Shown here one piece after another: positions 16,078-20,000 of a stretch of DNA of 20,000 bases. Made by a program: the position numbers and the translations under genes. The notes under the pieces were generated by a model. That model was not told the DNA's origin. It was given only the letters and a program-made list of their open reading frames with translations, and did no database searches. The stretch lies in IMG/VR virus record IMGVR_UViG_3300023173_001245; one strand, given 5' to 3'. This DNA comes from an uncultured virus (IMG/VR IMGVR_UViG_3300023173_001245). Its lineage: Duplodnaviria; Heunggongvirae; Uroviricota; Caudoviricetes. Within the stretch, counting starts at the first letter, position 1. The number at the start of each line of letters is the position of its first letter.

Positions 16078-16226
16078 CAATTTTCGTCTCCGAGCATTTT
16101 TGCCAAGGGATCTTTTCTAGTTTTTACAATTGCTACTGCTCTTTTGTAAAACATGTTGTCTGTGTTTCCAGACTGTTCGAAGGTCTCCTTGATCTTCACC
16201 CAGTTTTCGTAGGTGTGCTGATCCAT
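16077..16226 (-). CDS. 49-aa hypothetical protein (MDQHTYENWVKIKETFEQSGNTDNMFYKRA...)
   Basis: AGGA SD-like sequence upstream; coupled to the next gene; downstream of a promoter. Confidence 0.8.
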   Translation of the reverse strand: MDQHTYENWVKIKETFEQSGNTDNMFYKRAVAIVKTRKDPLAKMLGDEN

Positions 16227-16254
16227 AGGTCCTATTACTTAGTATCTATTAGCT

Positions 16255-16282
16255 ATAATAGTTACTATCCAGGAACTGTCAA
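16255..16282 (-). promoter_or_regulatory. Sigma70-type promoter for the gnd/ndhP operon
   Basis: TTGACA-N16-TATTAT. Confidence 0.6.
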
Positions 16283-16330
16283 CAATGTGTTGAAAACCAC
16301 AAAGTGTTGAAGAAATTATTAAGATTTAAA

Positions 16331-16414
16331 CGGAAAGGGTGGGATTCGAACCCACGGTGCTACTAACACGGCAGTTTTCAAGACTGCTACCTTAAACCAC
16401 TCGGTCACCTTTCC
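16331..16414 (-). tRNA. tRNA-Ser(UGA)
   Basis: GGAAAGG/CCTTTCC acceptor stem; GCAGT-CT-TGA-AA-ACTGC anticodon arm; long variable arm. Confidence 0.97.
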
Positions 16415-16671
16415 TAACGAATTTCAAAGTCTAGTTTTCTAACTTTTCTTTGTCTTCTTTGTTCTTGCCACAAAATATCTTCTTGAGAAAGAACTCCTCT
16501 TTTAGAGTTTTGTTGATAAGAGTTTAACATAATGACATTAGATAAGTCAAGTGCCGATATCTTATCACCACGGATAGTTGCCATATTTGGACAACCACAT
16601 GTGACAGTCTTATTATGATGCCCCTCTAACTCCTTACCACAGGAGCGGCATCTAATCTTTATATTATCCAT
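16414..16671 (-). CDS. Small Cys-rich (zinc-ribbon-like) hypothetical protein
   Basis: CRSC...CGCPN; T4 late promoter upstream; last base of the stop codon is the first base of tRNA-Ser. Confidence 0.8.
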   Translation of the reverse strand: MDNIKIRCRSCGKELEGHHNKTVTCGCPNMATIRGDKISALDLSNVIMLNSYQQNSKRGVLSQEDILWQEQRRQRKVRKLDFEIR

Positions 16672-16706
16672 CAGTATAATGTGATCTTTCGTCTTCAGTT
16701 TTCAGT

Positions 16707-16714
16707 TATTTATA
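16707..16714 (-). promoter_or_regulatory. T4-type late promoter
   Basis: TATAAATA immediately 3' of tRNA-Val. Confidence 0.75.
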
Positions 16715-16786
16715 TGGGTGATGAGGGATTCGAACCCCCGACTGCCTCCGTGTAAAGGAGGAACTCTACCGCTGAGTTAATCACCC
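16715..16786 (-). tRNA. tRNA-Val(UAC)
   Basis: CCTCC-TT-TAC-AC-GGAGG anticodon arm; GGGTGAT/ATCACCC acceptor stem. Confidence 0.97.
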
Positions 16787-16954
16787 TCAACTTCTTAATT
16801 GTAGCATATGTTCTACGGTTTTGGCAACATCTTCCATTGCTAACCGCAAATCTTCTCTCTGTCCTGACTCTTGATGACATACTGGTCTTCTGTCATCAGT
16901 AAGAGTCCAGCGCCATCTATTCATATGCTTACAATACCAGAGTTTGATATTCAT
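16787..16954 (-). CDS. 55-aa hypothetical protein (MNIKLWYCKHMNRWRWTL...)
   Basis: GAGGGG SD-like sequence; stop directly abuts tRNA-Val. Confidence 0.75.
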   Translation of the reverse strand: MNIKLWYCKHMNRWRWTLTDDRRPVCHQESGQREDLRLAMEDVAKTVEHMLQLRS

Positions 16955-16959
16955 TCCCC

Positions 16960-17139
16960 TCAGTCATACTTATGCCTATTTAACAAGTCTGGATTCTTCT
17001 TGTATAAGGAGTAGCAATAACTATTAGGGTCACTATCCATAGCATAGTGTGCTTGTGTATGAATAGTTTGGATAATACATAAAAACCCAATAACTATCAG
17101 GTTAAAGTGAGTTACTGGTGAGAAAAGGATTTTCTTCAT
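16960..17139 (-). CDS. 59-aa hypothetical protein with a hydrophobic N-terminus (MKKILFSPVTHFNLIVIGFLCII...)
   Basis: Translated by hand; fills the gap between the terminator and the next gene. Confidence 0.7.
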   Translation of the reverse strand: MKKILFSPVTHFNLIVIGFLCIIQTIHTQAHYAMDSDPNSYCYSLYKKNPDLLNRHKYD

Positions 17140-17142
17140 AAT

Positions 17143-17166
17143 AAAAAAGGGGGACCGAAGTCCCCC
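17143..17166 (-). terminator. Rho-independent terminator
   Basis: GGGGGAC-TTCG-GTCCCCC followed by T6. Confidence 0.9.
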
Positions 17167-17190
17167 GTATTATAGCACAGATTTAGTGGA

Positions 17191-17562
17191 TCAGAAGGTG
17201 TACTTCAGACCTGCCTTGGTGCCGTAAGAACGGTCAACACCAGCAACGCCCGAACCAACGAACGAAACTTCACCGTAAGCAGAGAGCTCTTCGGTCAGAC
17301 CAACGCCAAGACCTGCCTTACCTGAAGGAACCCAGTCAGAAGCACCACCGTCAGGAAGAACGACAGTAGCACCTGCTTGGATATACCAAGAAGCGTCAGT
17401 ACCCAGAGCACCTTCGTATCCAACATGGTTGTCGATAGAAGTGCCAGTGTAGTTTGAACCAGTGAAACCAGAGTTGGCTTCAACATTCACGTAGGGTCCT
17501 GCCATTGCAGCACCAGCGAAAAGGGGAGCAGCAGCCAGAGCTGCGAATGCGGATTTAATCAT
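17191..17562 (-). CDS. Secreted small outer-membrane beta-barrel-like protein
   Basis: Signal peptide ending AMA; alternating amphipathic beta-strands; C-terminal GLKYTF resembles a BAM recognition signal; GAGG SD; own terminator. Confidence 0.75.
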   Translation of the reverse strand: MIKSAFAALAAAPLFAGAAMAGPYVNVEANSGFTGSNYTGTSIDNHVGYEGALGTDASWYIQAGATVVLPDGGASDWVPSGKAGLGVGLTEELSAYGEVSFVGSGVAGVDRSYGTKAGLKYTF

Positions 17563-17677
17563 TTTAGATACCTCGTTATTTTCTCGCAGAGTTTTATACC
17601 TGCGGATGGAAAGAGACTCGACGTGTCTCTGTTTGAACTTCGTGACTACTTGCGAGTAGTTGAGGCTTTCATCACAT
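17563..17677 (-). promoter_or_regulatory. Structured 5' leader of the beta-barrel gene
   Basis: Hairpins ACTACT/AGTAGT, AGAGAC/GTCTCT and CGCAG/CTGCG between the late promoter and the RBS. Confidence 0.5.
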
Positions 17678-17680
17678 TTT

Positions 17681-17688
17681 TATTTATA
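17681..17688 (-). promoter_or_regulatory. T4-type late promoter
   Basis: TATAAATA. Confidence 0.75.
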
Positions 17689-17722
17689 AAGTTTTACAAC
17701 AATCGGGAATACGGGTTCCCGA

Positions 17723-17794
17723 AGCGGGATATCGGATTCGAACCGACGACATTCAGCTTGGAAGGCTGACGTTCTACCACTGAACTAATCCCGC
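17723..17794 (-). tRNA. tRNA-Gly(UCC)
   Basis: TCAGC-CT-TCC-AA-GCTGA anticodon arm; GCGGGAT/ATCCCGC acceptor stem. Confidence 0.97.
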
Positions 17795-17843
17795 AAGCGG
17801 TGGGAGATTGCTCTCCCGACACATCCTTCACACGGACAGGAGT

Positions 17844-17872
17844 ATCATAAGACAAGAAATGTATCTTGTCAA
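17844..17872 (-). promoter_or_regulatory. Sigma70-type promoter
   Basis: TTGACA-N17-TATGAT; the -35 starts at the 3' end of tRNA-Thr. Confidence 0.75.
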
Positions 17873-17945
17873 GCCACTCATCGGACTTGAACCGATGACC
17901 TACGGTTTACAAAACCGTTGCTCTATCCAGCTGAGCTAGAGTGGC
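17872..17945 (-). tRNA. tRNA-Thr(UGU)
   Basis: ACGGT-TT-TGT-AA-ACCGT anticodon arm. Confidence 0.97.
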
Positions 17946-17948
17946 AGG

Positions 17949-18020
17949 CTCCCCAGGCAAGATTCGAACTTGCGACCCATTGATTAACAGTCAACTGCGC
18001 TACCGCTGCGCCACTGAGGA
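17949..18020 (-). tRNA. tRNA-Asn(GUU)
   Basis: GTTGA-CT-GTT-AA-TCAAT anticodon arm; TCCTCAG/CTGGGGA acceptor stem. Confidence 0.96.
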
Positions 18021-18029
18021 TTGTTGAGA

Positions 18030-18584
18030 TTAATCCATATCAACAACTAGATCAAAAGCAACTGAATACCTTTCACTCTGTTTATTGATAACATAGTGTG
18101 ATATCCAAGATGGATGAACAATTAGCATTCCTTTTCTTGGATATATCCACTGTTCTGGTTGATTAATCTCATTATATGTTTCCACAATATCTGGTGGAAT
18201 AATATTTTCAATACATCCTATCGGATTACTAAAAACAAGTTTTACATCAGAATCTTGTGGATAATAAACACCAATCAAATGACAATTCACATGAGTATGT
18301 GGTTTGCAAATATCATAGTGGTTACTATAATTACACCAAGAACTTCCTATTTTCAATGAATATTTAAATCCACATTGTTTATGAAAACAATTTGCAGACT
18401 CTACTACTCTATCTACTAGAGATTTAAATGGATATGAATCTAAATCTAAAGAATTTCTTAGTGAGTGACCTCCTTGATCACCATAGATTAAATGTTTTTT
18501 ACAAGACTCAATAATAGAATCATTATCAAGATCTTCAAATATTTGAACTCCAAGAGGAGTTACAAACATTGGTATTAAATCCAT
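18030..18584 (-). CDS. Putative 2OG-Fe(II) oxygenase (TIGR02466-like)
   Basis: MFVTP, PHTH (HxH), GVYYP, PSWISHYV and RYSVAFD. Confidence 0.82.
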   Translation of the reverse strand: MDLIPMFVTPLGVQIFEDLDNDSIIESCKKHLIYGDQGGHSLRNSLDLDSYPFKSLVDRVVESANCFHKQCGFKYSLKIGSSWCNYSNHYDICKPHTHVNCHLIGVYYPQDSDVKLVFSNPIGCIENIIPPDIVETYNEINQPEQWIYPRKGMLIVHPSWISHYVINKQSERYSVAFDLVVDMD

Positions 18585-18622
18585 AACATATTAATCTAAA
18601 AATATGGAGAAAAGATCTCCAA

Positions 18623-18696
18623 CGACTCAGGAGGGACTTGAACCCCCGACCAACTGCTTAGAAGGCAGATGCTCTATCCAACTGAGCTACTGAGTC
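18623..18696 (-). tRNA. tRNA-Arg(UCU)
   Basis: CTGC-CT-TCT-AA-GCAG anticodon arm; GACTCAG/CTGAGTC acceptor stem. Confidence 0.97.
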
Positions 18697-18710
18697 ATTT
18701 GAACCCTCAT

Positions 18711-18739
18711 ATTATAAGTGATGAGGGATACATTGTCAA
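18711..18739 (-). promoter_or_regulatory. Consensus sigma70 promoter of the tRNA array
   Basis: TTGACA-N17-TATAAT; the -35 contains the stop codon of the upstream ORF. Confidence 0.9.
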
Positions 18740-19134
18740 GAACGAAACTGTGCCATTCCGTTTCCAGAATTCCAACCACCAGGTCCAGATTGGAAGTTTT
18801 CAGATCCACCAAGAGTTTCTTGCCAAGACCCAAAAGATTTAGAAGCACGTTCATACATTACTTGATGAATGTTTTCTGGTTCTTTCTTTGGTTGTGTTGC
18901 CTCAATAATCTTTTGTTCTTCGATCTTTTGGGCAACATGCTTTTCATAAGCAATAACCTTTTCAGTCTTTACTGGTTTAGAAAACCAAGAATCAGTAGGA
19001 GTGGTGATAGGAGCGACAACTCCAATATAATTTTCTTTTGGTTTCTCAACCTTTTTAGGTTTCTCCTCAATGAATTCACTCTTGGGAATGAACACCTTTT
19101 TTAAATTTTTAAGTACTTTCTTGATCATGCCCAA
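18736..19134 (-). CDS. Hypothetical K/E/P-rich protein
   Basis: 132-aa ORF overlapping the lysozyme stop; the start may be ATG 19128. Confidence 0.7.
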   Translation of the reverse strand: MGMIKKVLKNLKKVFIPKSEFIEEKPKKVEKPKENYIGVVAPITTPTDSWFSKPVKTEKVIAYEKHVAQKIEEQKIIEATQPKKEPENIHQVMYERASKSFGSWQETLGGSENFQSGPGGWNSGNGMAQFRS

Positions 19135-19739
19135 ATAAGTTTCTTAGTATAGTTATAAGCGTACTGTTGTCGATATCCTTTGATGCCCCAACCTAACCAG
19201 TAGTAAGCACCAACCATATATTGATCAACAGTAAAACCACGTCCCTCAAACTCTGGAAGAATCTTTTGGAACTGTGATTCGTTAATCATATAACGAGTCT
19301 GCCCTTCAATACTGCTAGGATCGCAACCAAATTTCTTACAGAAGGTTCCCAATCCACGATACCGCTTTTCGGTAGTCCATTGAATGAGACCATAACCACC
19401 ACTATAGCAACGATTATAAGGAACTCTGGCACCACCTTCACAGATATTGGGGTGGAAATTGCTCTCAGACTTAATGTTACCCATGATTGTTGCTAGGGCA
19501 TTACGATCTGAGATATTAGTTTTTTTCTGGAGTTCGCGGAGAACATACTTTTCATTGATGTTACATCCAGGACACTTCCATTCTTTTTCTACCACTTCGA
19601 TTGGAATTGCTTTACCATGATCAACTTTTACGTCTACTGAAGCGATTTGGGGTGGTGCTGAGATTTCGCTGATCGATGGATAAGCACAAGCAGCTGGAAT
19701 AATTCCAAGAAGTGATAAAAATGATAACCTTTTTAGCAT
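19125..19739 (-). CDS. Phage tail lysozyme family (Phage_lysozyme2-like) muramidase with an N-terminal signal/lipoprotein-like leader
   Basis: ATIMGNIKSES (catalytic Glu) and GGYGLIQWT..R motifs. Start placed at ATG 19739 (MLKRLSFLSLLGIIPAAC). Confidence 0.82.
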   Translation of the reverse strand: MLKRLSFLSLLGIIPAACAYPSISEISAPPQIASVDVKVDHGKAIPIEVVEKEWKCPGCNINEKYVLRELQKKTNISDRNALATIMGNIKSESNFHPNICEGGARVPYNRCYSGGYGLIQWTTEKRYRGLGTFCKKFGCDPSSIEGQTRYMINESQFQKILPEFEGRGFTVDQYMVGAYYWLGWGIKGYRQQYAYNYTKKLIWA

Positions 19740-19803
19740 TAAATTAGTAGAACTCGACATCCGTATCTTTAACACGTGTTAAGTACGGCTCAGCATCCGC
19801 GTA

Positions 19804-19832
19804 AGGATAGCACCCTATTTAGATTTTGTCAA
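19804..19832 (-). promoter_or_regulatory. Sigma70-type promoter with an embedded late-like CTAAATA
   Basis: TTGACA-N17-TATCCT, with TG extension. Confidence 0.6.
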
Positions 19833-19865
19833 GCTAAATAATTTTACGGTTAATTTCAACACAAA

Positions 19866-20000
19866 ATGAAAAGAGCAGTATTGCTTTTTGGAATGTTATT
19901 GATGGCGGCACCTGCACATGCCGATCTTACTCATAAAATTTCGTCAAGCGTACAACTGACTGTTGATGCTGCTGCTACGAATGTACAAAGAATTGGTAAT
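19866..20000 (+). CDS. 5' end of a divergently transcribed, signal-peptide-bearing cyanophage protein (MKRAVLLFGMLLMAAPAHADLTHKISSSVQLTVDAAAT...)
   Basis: Frame open to the window edge; AHA cleavage motif; late-like CTAAATA at 19834..19840. Confidence 0.75.
   Translation, partial: MKRAVLLFGMLLMAAPAHADLTHKISSSVQLTVDAAATNVQRIGN

Noticed and set aside
16331..16414. Suppressor or selenocysteine tRNA because of TGA in the anticodon loop
   Set aside because: Anticodon UGA reads UCA (Ser); a UGA-decoding tRNA would have anticodon UCA.
17630..17677. Hammerhead ribozyme or c-di-GMP riboswitch in the beta-barrel leader (TGATGA...GAA, AAAGCCTC)
   Set aside because: The CUGANGA/GAAA core and the GNRA-receptor architecture are not properly present.
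495..19104. Numerous plus-strand and nested ORFs in the track (e.g. 968..1429, 1791..2177, 4341..4697, 8803..9270, 14653..14964, 14702..15097, 16068..16310, 18718..19104)
   Set aside because: They are shadows of well-supported minus-strand genes, with no recognisable motifs or expression signals.

Overview
This window is most consistent with a T4-like cyanophage (cyanomyovirus, probably infecting Synechococcus). Almost everything is on the minus strand. Read in the direction of transcription (right to left), it holds: a phage tail-lysozyme-family gene; a dispersed array of 7 tRNAs (Arg-UCU, Asn-GUU, Thr-UGU, Gly-UCC, Val-UAC, Ser-UGA, Pro-UGG, none with an encoded CCA), interleaved with a 2OG-Fe(II) oxygenase, a small outer-membrane beta-barrel-like protein and many microproteins; the auxiliary metabolic gene gnd, translationally coupled to an uncalled 43-aa NdhP homologue (photosynthetic NDH-1 subunit); manA-like and wcaG-like structured RNAs separated by a second oxygenase gene; and a tightly coupled glycan biosynthesis operon of more than 12 kb. 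That operon includes a cytidylyltransferase, rmlC, epimerases, a DegT aminotransferase, a GT-D-like protein, methyltransferases, a short Ugd-like dehydrogenase, GDP-fucose synthase, two GT11s, a DXD-type GT6, a GT25 and a GT-B enzyme. GT11 + GT6 + Fcl together resemble a blood-group (H then A/B) synthesis module. Sigma70-type promoters and T4 late promoters (TATAAATA) are both visible. Several tRNA and mRNA leaders fold into structures I cannot name. All family calls come from motif recognition; no searches were run.
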